This document shows, one piece after another, positions 1-9,393 of a stretch of 11,732 bases of DNA. Origin of the DNA: Arcobacter sp. (lineage in GTDB: Bacteria > Campylobacterota > Campylobacteria > Campylobacterales > Arcobacteraceae); contig CBFIGT010000071.1 of assembly GCA_965662175.1 (NCBI GenBank), positions 1-11,732 of the forward strand. Direction: 5' to 3'. Under the pieces are notes generated by a model that searched no databases, was not told the origin of the DNA, and was given only the letters and a program-made list of their open reading frames with translations. Position numbers and translations under genes: made by a program. Numbering within the stretch: position 1 is the first letter of the stretch; each line of letters begins with the position of its first letter.

Positions 1-1559
1 TGTATAAGCTCTATTTCTAAACCAAAATAATCTACCTCTTTTATGCTTTTTTCAATAATTACATGATTATCATCTATTTTTGATTTTATTAATTTAATAG
101 ATTTTTCTATTGCCTCATTAATTTTAAAAGAGTCTTCTTTATCAGATTTTAAATAGAAATTTCTAAAGTTTTCAATAGTTTCAGAAAGATATTGACTAGA
201 TTCATTTATAGATTTTAAACTACTATAAAAGGTTTCGTCGCTAAGATTATTATACTCTTTATTCAACATCAATCCTGTTGCTGAAGTACTTATAACACTC
301 AAAGGTTGTCTCCATTGATGTGCTATATTTTCAATCATCTCTCCCATAGCTGCCATTTTTGATTGTTGAGCTAAAACCTTTTCTTGTTTTGATATTTCTT
401 GCATTTTTTTATTTATTGTAAAATTATATGTTTTAAATCTTTTTTCAATAAGTTTTGAGAAAAAACTAGAATATAGAAGAATTATCATTGAGATTAAAAT
501 TAAAAAAAATAGAGTTCGATTGAAGTTTCCTGTAATAAGCTCTTTTAATTCATTTTGTTTGATTTCTATTTTTTTATCAATATCTTTTTGATAAAATCCA
601 ATACCAACAATCCAGTTCCAATCCTCAATTATTTTTGTATAAGATGTTTTAGAGATTATATTATGATTTTCATCATAAACTTTATATGTGTGGAAGTCAT
701 TTTGTTTATCATTTAAAAATTGATTAAGTGTTTTATCTCCATCAATTGTATAGTTTGCTTTTGAAATTTCAACTCCTACAATCTCTTTTTTCTCATGCCA
801 TAGATAGTTTTTTGTATTTACATCTATTATAAAATAGTGACTTTTATCAGTTAGTTTAAAATTATTTAAAAAAAGTTTTACATCCTCTTTCCATTTTGTA
901 GTTAAACTGTCAATATAATCACTTGTAACAAAATAACAATCCAAAGGTTCAAACTTTTTAACATGTGCTATTTTTAAATATTGATTTATCCTATCATTTG
1001 CTTTATACCAATAATATTTTACATATCCTTCATCATTATTTGTAACTTTTTTTATCATCTCTTTTGTTAGATAAAGACCTTTTGCATCTTTAATTTCTAA
1101 AAGGGACTTATTTTCTAATTGTTTGAAAATAGGATGAAAATAGTTTACTCCCTCCATGCTCATTAGGTAATAGTATCCTCTACCATCAAAAAACCTGATT
1201 TTTTCAAGAGCTATTTTAATCTTCTCAATTATCTCTTCTTTTGTTTGAGTCTTATTCTTTTCATAAATATTATTTATTATTTGAAATGCTATTTCATTTT
1301 TTTCTTTTAGTTGTAGTTTTAATTCAGCTTCATTATTTGATTTTTTTAAGTTTATATAGTCAACAACTCTTTTTGTTTCATCTGTTATATGTTTTTTATA
1401 AGAGTTTGTTAATTCAATTTGAAGTTGTTCTTTCTCTTTTTTGAGTTGGAATTTAAAGTCTAAAAAAAGATATGTTAGAAAAATAATATTAGTTATTAAA
1501 ACAATATAAAATGGGAATAATTTTATATTGTTTATTATTTTTTTATCATTTATTTTCAA
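1..1559 (-). CDS. Cache-domain sensor histidine kinase (5' part; 3' end runs off the left edge)
   Basis: Translated by hand; absent from the ORF track because there is no stop codon in the window. TTG start at 1559, 6 nt after AGGAG. The protein has an N-terminal TM segment (LFPFYIVLITNIIFLTYLFL), two Cache_2-like modules (RFFDGRGYYYL...HP...KDAKG...EGYVKYYWYK and ...EDWNWIVGIGFY), a second TM (TLFFLILISMIILLY), a coiled coil and the HisKA H-box KMAAMGEMIENIAHQWRQPLSVI. The H-box is in frame with the TTG. Confidence 0.92.
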   Translation of the reverse strand, partial: MKINDKKIINNIKLFPFYIVLITNIIFLTYLFLDFKFQLKKEKEQLQIELTNSYKKHITDETKRVVDYINLKKSNNEAELKLQLKEKNEIAFQIINNIYEKNKTQTKEEIIEKIKIALEKIRFFDGRGYYYLMSMEGVNYFHPIFKQLENKSLLEIKDAKGLYLTKEMIKKVTNNDEGYVKYYWYKANDRINQYLKIAHVKKFEPLDCYFVTSDYIDSLTTKWKEDVKLFLNNFKLTDKSHYFIIDVNTKNYLWHEKKEIVGVEISKANYTIDGDKTLNQFLNDKQNDFHTYKVYDENHNIISKTSYTKIIEDWNWIVGIGFYQKDIDKKIEIKQNELKELITGNFNRTLFFLILISMIILLYSSFFSKLIEKRFKTYNFTINKKMQEISKQEKVLAQQSKMAAMGEMIENIAHQWRQPLSVISTSATGLMLNKEYNNLSDETFYSSLKSINESSQYLSETIENFRNFYLKSDKEDSFKINEAIEKSIKLIKSKIDDNHVIIEKSIKEVDYFGLEIELI

Positions 1560-1580
1560 AATAGACTCCTTTTTGGTTGT

Positions 1581-3545
<1,965 letters not shown>

Positions 3546-3563
3546 TTATAATTTAAGAGTGAT

Positions 3564-3572
3564 ATTGTATCA
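3564..3572 (-). promoter_or_regulatory. Putative extended -10 sigma70 promoter for ligA (TGATACAAT)
   Basis: The minus strand reads TGaTACAAT about 30 nt upstream of the ligA ATG, matching the Campylobacterota TGnTAnAAT consensus. Confidence 0.55.
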
Positions 3573-3603
3573 AAAGAAACTATACATTCATTTTAATTTT
3601 GAG

Positions 3604-3609
3604 TATAAT
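3604..3609 (+). promoter_or_regulatory. Putative -10 box (TATAAT) for the diguanylate cyclase gene
   Basis: Perfect TATAAT 28 nt upstream of the GTG start, followed by an AAAAGG SD-like sequence. Confidence 0.5.
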
Positions 3610-3637
3610 AAATGCATAGGCTTTTAAAAGGTTAAAT

Positions 3638-5548
3638 GTGAAAAAGTTATCTATTTTATTTATTATTTTTTCTATTACTTTATTTGCACAGCCACTTAAA
3701 AAAGTTGTTTTACAATTAAACTGGTTAAATCAATTTCAATTTGCTGGATATTATGTGGCAAAAGAAAAAGGCTTTTATAAAGATCTTGGTTTAGATGTTG
3801 ATATAAAAGAGTTTAATTTAGATGAAAATATATCTGAAACAAAAAAAGAAAAAAGTTTTGATTTTGGAGTTGGACGTTCTTCTTTAATTATTGATAAAAC
3901 CAAAGGCGAAGATATAGTTGCTTTAGCAGCTATTTATCAAAGCTCACCCTTAATGCTACTTACTAGAAAAGATTCAAACATAAAATCCCCAGCTGATTTA
4001 AGGGGCAAAAAAATTATGATTACTCCAGGTGCAGAAAATTCAGCATCAATTTTAGCAATGATTTACTCAAATAAAATATACAATAAAGACTTAATTCTTC
4101 AAGAGCATAGTTTTGATGTTGAAGATTTAATAAATGGTAAAACAGATGCTATGGCTTCATATATCTCAAATGAACCTATTATTATGAAAGATAGAGGTGT
4201 TGAATATAATATTTTGTATCCAAAAGATTATGGTTTTGATTTTTATAGTGATATATTATTTACCTCTTCAGAGTTTATAAATGAAAATCCAGAGACTACT
4301 AAAAGATTTTTGGAAGCCTCTTTAAAAGGCTGGGAGTATGCTTTTGAAAATAAAGTTGAAACAGCTGAGTTAATATATAAAAAATATAATACACAAAATA
4401 AAACATATATTCAGATAATAAAAGAGGGTGAAATACTTAAAAAACTAGCATTTGATGATGATTTATTACTTGGTTGTATTGAAAAAAATAAGTTATTAGA
4501 GATTACAAGTGTATTTAAAGTTTTAGGTATGGTAAATAAGGATTTAGATGTTGATTCATTTGTTTATGAGTTTAATCCCCACCGAACAATAGTTTTAGAG
4601 TTTACACACTATGAAAAAAATATTTTTCTTATAACACTATTTTTTCTTTTTTTGATATTTGTATTAGTCATGATATTATTAAGGGAAAATAAGAAATCAA
4701 AAGATTTATTAAATACTGTTATTAATTCAACTAGTGATTTTATTTTTTACAAAGATAATGAACTAAAATATATAGGTTGTAATAATGCCTTTGCAGATTT
4801 TTTAGGAAAAAGTAAAAATATGATAATAGCTCATAGTGATTTTGATTTTTTTACAAAAAAGAATGCAGAAAAAGTTAGAAACTATGATTTAGAGTGCTTA
4901 AATGAGAATAAAATCAAAATCACTGAACAGTGGATAAATACAAAGAATAAAGATATTTTATTACAAATAAAAAGAATACCTTTTAAATATTCAAAAAAAG
5001 AATCCAATGGAATTGTTGTAATTAGTAGAGATATTACAGCTTTATATAAAGTAAATGAACTACTAAAAGAACAAGCATATTTAGATGAATTAACATCAAT
5101 TTATAATCGTAAAGCTTATAATGAAAAGCTAAAAGAGAGTTTAGGCCTTTATAAAAGATATGGCACAACTTTTTCCTTACTTATGTTTGATATTGATGAT
5201 TTTAAAATAGTAAATGATACTTATGGACATGATAAAGGTGATTTGGTTTTAAAAGAAATTACTAAAACAATTAGTAAAAATATTAGAAAAAGTGATCTGT
5301 TTTTTAGAGTTGGAGGAGAGGAGTTTGTTATAATATTTCCTAAATCTAGTATGAATAATTCTATGTTTTTTGCCGAAAAAATTAGAGAAGAAGTTGAAAA
5401 TCTAAAAATAGCTGATATTGAAAAAATTACAATAAGTATAGGATTAACTCAAGTAGAAGAGGGAGATGATGAAGATAGCTTGTATAAAAGAGCTGATGAT
5501 TTACTCTATAAAGCAAAACACAATGGTAAAAATTGTATTTTTACCTAG
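3638..5548 (+). CDS. Membrane-anchored diguanylate cyclase: NMT1/THI5-like periplasmic binding domain, TM, PAS and GGDEF
   Basis: Signal peptide, then NMT1/SsuA-like motif VVLQLNWLNQFQFAGYYVAKEKGFYKDLGLDVDI, a TM helix (IFLITLFFLFLIFVLVMILL), a PAS domain (IFYKD...YIGCNNAF...RDIT) and a GGDEF domain (DELTSIYNR, DIDDFK.VNDTYGHDKGD, I-site RKSD, active site GGEEF, TISIG, ADDLLYKAK..GKN). GTG start. Confidence 0.95.
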   Translation: MKKLSILFIIFSITLFAQPLKKVVLQLNWLNQFQFAGYYVAKEKGFYKDLGLDVDIKEFNLDENISETKKEKSFDFGVGRSSLIIDKTKGEDIVALAAIYQSSPLMLLTRKDSNIKSPADLRGKKIMITPGAENSASILAMIYSNKIYNKDLILQEHSFDVEDLINGKTDAMASYISNEPIIMKDRGVEYNILYPKDYGFDFYSDILFTSSEFINENPETTKRFLEASLKGWEYAFENKVETAELIYKKYNTQNKTYIQIIKEGEILKKLAFDDDLLLGCIEKNKLLEITSVFKVLGMVNKDLDVDSFVYEFNPHRTIVLEFTHYEKNIFLITLFFLFLIFVLVMILLRENKKSKDLLNTVINSTSDFIFYKDNELKYIGCNNAFADFLGKSKNMIIAHSDFDFFTKKNAEKVRNYDLECLNENKIKITEQWINTKNKDILLQIKRIPFKYSKKESNGIVVISRDITALYKVNELLKEQAYLDELTSIYNRKAYNEKLKESLGLYKRYGTTFSLLMFDIDDFKIVNDTYGHDKGDLVLKEITKTISKNIRKSDLFFRVGGEEFVIIFPKSSMNNSMFFAEKIREEVENLKIADIEKITISIGLTQVEEGDDEDSLYKRADDLLYKAKHNGKNCIFT

Positions 5549-6246
5549 ATGTTTTGCAAAATATCAACTCTAAATGGCTTTTTAAAAGTTATAGTTTGAT
5601 TATTTGAAAGTTTATTAAACTTTTCTTTTACTTTCTCTTCTAACTCTTTTGAGATATTGTTATCATTGAAAGTAACATTCATAACGTTTGATTTAAACTC
5701 TTCAAAGTTTTTATAAGTTGCTGGAGTGTAAAAAAATATCTCTTGAAAAAGCTTAAACTGCTCATTATTAACAGCATTTTCTATTGCTTTAAAAGCTTCT
5801 GTTCTAACATACTCTTCGTTGTGAAACATTGAGATTAAATCACTTAAATCACCATCAAATAAAGGCTCTGAAATATAAACTAAACCACTTGCTTTAAGAA
5901 CTCTTTTTATTTCACTTAAAGCTTTTGGCATAAGATTTATAGGAATATGATGAAAAGATTTAAACATAAAAATTATATCAATTGACTTATCTTTTTCTAA
6001 AATATTTTCAGCACCACAAAGTTTGAACTCTATATTTTCATAAGTTAGTTTTAGATTTTTTTCATGTTGTATTTCATCAACTTCACAAGCTATAATTTTT
6101 CTATTAAATCCACGATTTGCAATATCAATAGTTTTAGCAGCTTCACCGCAACCTAACTCTAAAATAGTTTTATTATCTAAATTTAGAGTCTCTATTAAGT
6201 AATCTTCATTTAACTCTTGGCTAATGTTTTTTTCTATTAATTTCAT
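5545..6246 (-). CDS. Class I SAM-dependent methyltransferase (substrate unknown)
   Basis: Motif I ILELGCGEA, acidic motif II IIACEVD, GAENI, SIDIIFMFKSFHHI and EIKRVLKASGLVYISEP are typical of Methyltransf_11/25-type enzymes. Confidence 0.92.
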   Translation of the reverse strand: MKLIEKNISQELNEDYLIETLNLDNKTILELGCGEAAKTIDIANRGFNRKIIACEVDEIQHEKNLKLTYENIEFKLCGAENILEKDKSIDIIFMFKSFHHIPINLMPKALSEIKRVLKASGLVYISEPLFDGDLSDLISMFHNEEYVRTEAFKAIENAVNNEQFKLFQEIFFYTPATYKNFEEFKSNVMNVTFNDNNISKELEEKVKEKFNKLSNNQTITFKKPFRVDILQNI

Positions 6247-6252
6247 AAATGG

Positions 6253-6258
6253 ATTATA
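6253..6258 (-). promoter_or_regulatory. -10 box (TATAAT) of a probable leaderless methyltransferase mRNA
   Basis: The minus strand reads TATAAT-ccattt-ATG. The expected TSS falls on the A of the start codon and there is no SD sequence. Confidence 0.6.
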
Positions 6259-6283
6259 TATTAAATATTATTAATAACTATTT

Positions 6284-6292
6284 TGATATAAT
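6284..6292 (+). promoter_or_regulatory. Extended -10 promoter (TGATATAAT) for the 113-aa gene and probably tRNA-Val
   Basis: Perfect TGnTATAAT, followed by SD GGAG at 6301-6304 and ATG at 6310. Confidence 0.65.
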
Positions 6293-6309
6293 TTTTTTTT
6301 GGAGAAATT

Positions 6310-6651
6310 ATGAGTTATATTGATATATTTATTTTAGGTTGGAATTTAAATGCTTTAATGTTTGTGGTTAATCTACTATTGGCCGTAAAAACTTTAAAAA
6401 GTAGTAATCCTGAGAGTTTACAAGAGCAAACAGCAATCTTAAATGAACTTCATAGTGAATTTGAAAAATATTATCCAAATAGAAAATTAGAAACAATGTT
6501 TTCTTATTTGATTCCATTTACTGCATTTTTAAGAGTAACATTTAGATTATTTGAAATGTTTGCATTTTTTTCTAAAAATAGAGGCACTTCAATGTATGAT
6601 TTTATGGTTTATAAATACTCAACAGATATTCAAAAAGCAAAAAATAAATAA
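6310..6651 (+). CDS. Small hypothetical membrane protein (113 aa)
   Basis: Good SD (GGAG) and promoter. Hydrophobic N-terminal segment (IFILGWNLNALMFVVNLLLAV) and a second hydrophobic stretch (MFSYLIPFTAFL). No family recognised. Confidence 0.8.
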   Translation: MSYIDIFILGWNLNALMFVVNLLLAVKTLKSSNPESLQEQTAILNELHSEFEKYYPNRKLETMFSYLIPFTAFLRVTFRLFEMFAFFSKNRGTSMYDFMVYKYSTDIQKAKNK

Positions 6652-6662
6652 AAACTAAAAAT

Positions 6663-6737
6663 GTTCGAGTAGCTCAGGGGTAGAGTAGTACGTTGACATC
6701 GTATTGGTCGTAGGTTCAAATCCTATCTCGAACACCA
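6663..6737 (+). tRNA. tRNA-Val (anticodon GAC), CCA encoded
   Basis: Folds as a cloverleaf: acceptor GTTCGAG/CTCGAAC, D arm GCTC-AGGGGTA-GAGT, anticodon arm GTACG-TTGACAT-CGTAT, variable loop TGGTC, T arm GTAGG-TTCAAAT-CCTAT, discriminator A and CCA. Length 75 nt. Confidence 0.97.
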
Positions 6738-7702
6738 TTAAAAATTTCTTTATTAAAATCTTTTAAATCTATTTCTTCAAAAGAGTTATTTAAAGCATCA
6801 CTAAAAGAGTTACTGGAAACTCCTTTTGTTAGGTAGTTTTTTGTTTTTATTAGACTATTTTTAAAATAGATTTTAAAATCTATATTATTATCAATGATAT
6901 AAAATCCATGGGAGCTTTTTTTGTTTGTATTTGATGAAATTTCTATTTCATAGAGTGCTTTATCTCTATTTTGTACTAAAAACTCTCTGTTTATCTCTTC
7001 TTTTAGTTTATTTGCTATGTTTTCATTATTTGTATTATTTATTATGTAAAAAGTTGATATTGATTTATTTTTTATCATTTTTGAATAAATTTCATTTAGA
7101 TTTTCAAAAAACTCTTTATCATCAAACTCTTTATCTAGGTTTTTGAGTATTTGAGTTTTATTGATATTTAAATAGTATAAATCAAAGATTTTTTTGTATG
7201 AAAAGTATTTGCTTAGTGCTTCTTTATTTATAAGAGCTTTTTCATCTTTTTTCAAAATATCTTTTAGTAGTGTAATTTCATCTTTTAGGGATTTTATTAA
7301 ATCTGTTTTTTTGATTTTTACATTTACAATTATTTTATTAAAGCTTATTTTATGACTATTGATAAGCTCATAATTATTAAATCTTAGGTTTTCAGTATTG
7401 CTAAAAATCTCTTGTGTTGACTCTTTTGTTACATACTCTCTATAGTCTGTAAAAGATTTATTATAGATATTTGAGTTTGATGTGATAGTTAATGAAAGTC
7501 TTGATGAGATTGATATTAAAGCACTTTTGATGGCATCATCAATATTTTCATCCTCACCAATACCAAATAACTCTTTATCATTTTCAAAAATAGGATTTAA
7601 GTACCAAGATGGATATTGTAGAGGTTTTATCTCTACTTTATTATTTGAAGCACATCCTAAAAATAGAAAAATAGATAAAATTATTAAGATTAGTTTATTC
7701 AT
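6716..7702 (-). CDS. LPP20-domain lipoprotein (328 aa) with helical and C-terminal extensions
   Basis: Lipoprotein signal MNKLILIILSIFLFLG-C, then LPP20-like pattern PSWY...LFGIGE...DDAIKSALISISSRLSLTITS. The ATG directly follows the upstream gene's TAA. The last 22 nt overlap tRNA-Val antisense. Confidence 0.8.
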   Translation of the reverse strand: MNKLILIILSIFLFLGCASNNKVEIKPLQYPSWYLNPIFENDKELFGIGEDENIDDAIKSALISISSRLSLTITSNSNIYNKSFTDYREYVTKESTQEIFSNTENLRFNNYELINSHKISFNKIIVNVKIKKTDLIKSLKDEITLLKDILKKDEKALINKEALSKYFSYKKIFDLYYLNINKTQILKNLDKEFDDKEFFENLNEIYSKMIKNKSISTFYIINNTNNENIANKLKEEINREFLVQNRDKALYEIEISSNTNKKSSHGFYIIDNNIDFKIYFKNSLIKTKNYLTKGVSSNSFSDALNNSFEEIDLKDFNKEIFNGVRDRI

Positions 7703-8698
7703 TTAGTTCTCTATTTGCTTATTTACAAGCTCTCTATTTTGCAGTTGATTGTTGATTCTTTTTACAGCTTCATTTATAACATCATTTGGTTCTAATACAA
7801 GTGAATCAGCTAAGTCATAAAGTTGTTTAGCAAGTTTGTACTCACCTTTACTCTCTTTTACAACACCTAAATTATAAGCTGCCACATAACATTTATCATT
7901 GGTGCTAGTTAATAGTTCACTTAGTAATTGTTCTGCTTTATCATATCTAGCACTCTCAATATATTTTAAACTATACTCTAAAAGTTTATCTTGTTTATCA
8001 TTATAATCAATTTCAGGCTCATCTAAGAGTTCTACACTCATAATCTTTTTTGTTGGAGATATTTTTGAGATAAAACTATTTGCAATATCATTTGAGAAAC
8101 TACTCATAATAGTTCCAAAGTTTGGAAGAGAACCTGCTTCATCTTTACAGTGATTATATGTTCTAGCTTTGTTAAATGTATCTGCATAAATAATATCACC
8201 AAACTCAACATCACTCATTTTTAGACTTATATTCAAATTATATGTGCCTTTTGTACATCTAACTAAATACTCTCTCAACTCTTTGCACTTTTTATCCAAA
8301 CATCTATATCTAGTGGCATAATAACTACTTTTGTTAAAAGATGCATCAATTACATTACCTGAAATCATAGCTTGAACACCAATTAAATTACCAACTTTTA
8401 CAGTTGAATTTTTATCAATTAAACCTGAGTATTGAAGTTTTTGTTCTTCTAATATTCTATTTAGTTCATTTCTACTTACTACTGTAAAATATGTTTCATC
8501 ATAAACTCTTTTTTGGGCAATCAAAGTTTCAAGTAATGATGAAAAACCAATAGAATCATTTTCAAAATCCATAATAGCTATTTTTTTGACTTTAGAAGCT
8601 CTATCAATAACAGCTGGCTCAAAGGTTGAAATATTGATTTTTTGAGTACAGCTTGTGAAAAAAAGAGTTAAAATTAGGCTAAATAATAAAACTCTCAT
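7703..8698 (-). CDS. CsgG/HfaB-like lipoprotein with C-terminal TPR-like repeat
   Basis: Lipobox FFTS-C. CsgG/TolB-N-like pattern KIAIMDF...FTVVSRNELNRILEEQKLQYSGLID...VKVGNLIGVQAMISGNV...LKMSDVEFGDIIYA. TPR-like tail YDKAEQLL...AAYNLGVVKESKGEYKLAKQLYDLA. Confidence 0.85.
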   Translation of the reverse strand: MRVLLFSLILTLFFTSCTQKINISTFEPAVIDRASKVKKIAIMDFENDSIGFSSLLETLIAQKRVYDETYFTVVSRNELNRILEEQKLQYSGLIDKNSTVKVGNLIGVQAMISGNVIDASFNKSSYYATRYRCLDKKCKELREYLVRCTKGTYNLNISLKMSDVEFGDIIYADTFNKARTYNHCKDEAGSLPNFGTIMSSFSNDIANSFISKISPTKKIMSVELLDEPEIDYNDKQDKLLEYSLKYIESARYDKAEQLLSELLTSTNDKCYVAAYNLGVVKESKGEYKLAKQLYDLADSLVLEPNDVINEAVKRINNQLQNRELVNKQIEN

Positions 8699-8823
8699 AA
8701 CTCTTTTAATGCCTCTTTAGAATTTGTTTGTTGTATTTTATAATCAATACTTTCAACTTTTTTAGAAGAACAAGCTTGAAATAAAAAGATTAATACAATA
8801 GAAATAAATAGTGTTTTTAACAT
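8695..8823 (-). CDS. Unannotated 42-aa mini-lipoprotein (MLKTLFISIVLIFLFQACSSKKVESIDYKIQQTNSKEALKEL)
   Basis: Translated by hand. It fills the gap between two lipoprotein genes exactly: the ATG is 9 nt after the upstream TAG (AGAG SD-like), and its TGA overlaps the next ATG (ATGA). It has a basic n-region, a hydrophobic h-region and lipobox FQA-C. Confidence 0.85.
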   Translation of the reverse strand: MLKTLFISIVLIFLFQACSSKKVESIDYKIQQTNSKEALKEL

Positions 8824-8832
8824 ATCAATTCT

Positions 8833-9393
8833 CTATTGTAGTTTGTTTAAAGCATCTTCAGAGTTTTTGATTTGTATTTCATTATCAACAATATCTTTTA
8901 TTTCTGTATCAATTTGTTCATTTATACTATTTTTATCTATGGCTACTAATAAATAAATAGTATTATCTTTTCCACTTTGCCAATAAGAGATTTGTTTTGA
9001 GTTTTTTAGGGTCATATTTGCTGTTTGTTTTGTAACTTGAGTAACAACTTTTTCAACCATCTCATTCTCTTTTAGACCAGTTGATCGCATATATGATTCA
9101 GCTTTGTTTTTAATTTGTAGTTCGATTTGATTAACTAAATTTGTTCTTGCATTTAAAAGTGCTTCATTTCTTGAAAAATTATGACCAAGTTTTGACATTG
9201 GAGCTGAACCTACAGCCACATATCTTGATTCCTCTTCATATGCACCACAAACCCAAGATGGAGCACTTTCCCCTAAAACAGTACATTCACTCTCTAACTT
9301 TTTTAAAGTTATACTCTCTTCTTTTGATGAGCAAGCTGATAAACCTAATAATACAAGTGTTGTTAGGACAAGGCTTGAGACTCTTTTTTTCAT
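8833..9393 (-). CDS. LPP20 family lipoprotein (186 aa; start revised from 9426 to ATG 9393)
   Basis: AAGGA SD lies 5 nt before ATG 9393, giving signal MKKRVSSLVLTTLVLLGLSA-C. LPP20 pattern C....APSWVC...YVAVGSA....GHNFSRNEALLNARTNLVNQI...TIYLLVAID. Confidence 0.88.
   Translation of the reverse strand: MKKRVSSLVLTTLVLLGLSACSSKEESITLKKLESECTVLGESAPSWVCGAYEEESRYVAVGSAPMSKLGHNFSRNEALLNARTNLVNQIELQIKNKAESYMRSTGLKENEMVEKVVTQVTKQTANMTLKNSKQISYWQSGKDNTIYLLVAIDKNSINEQIDTEIKDIVDNEIQIKNSEDALNKLQ

Noticed and set aside
1241..1444. 67-aa plus-strand ORF
   Set aside because: Antisense shadow of the histidine kinase gene. Its F/L-rich composition is what the reverse complement of A-rich codons produces.
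6292..6300. T9 homopolymer between the -10 box and SD as a phase-variation tract
   Set aside because: A/T runs of 7-9 nt are common throughout this AT-rich window, and nothing shows length variation.
6925..7706. Plus-strand ORFs 6925..7146 and 7482..7706
   Set aside because: Antisense to the 328-aa lipoprotein gene, with no supporting signals.
7703..8698. Curli secretion operon (true csgG)
   Set aside because: No csgA/B/E/F-like genes are present, and the TPR-like tail and Cys-rich insert differ from canonical CsgG.
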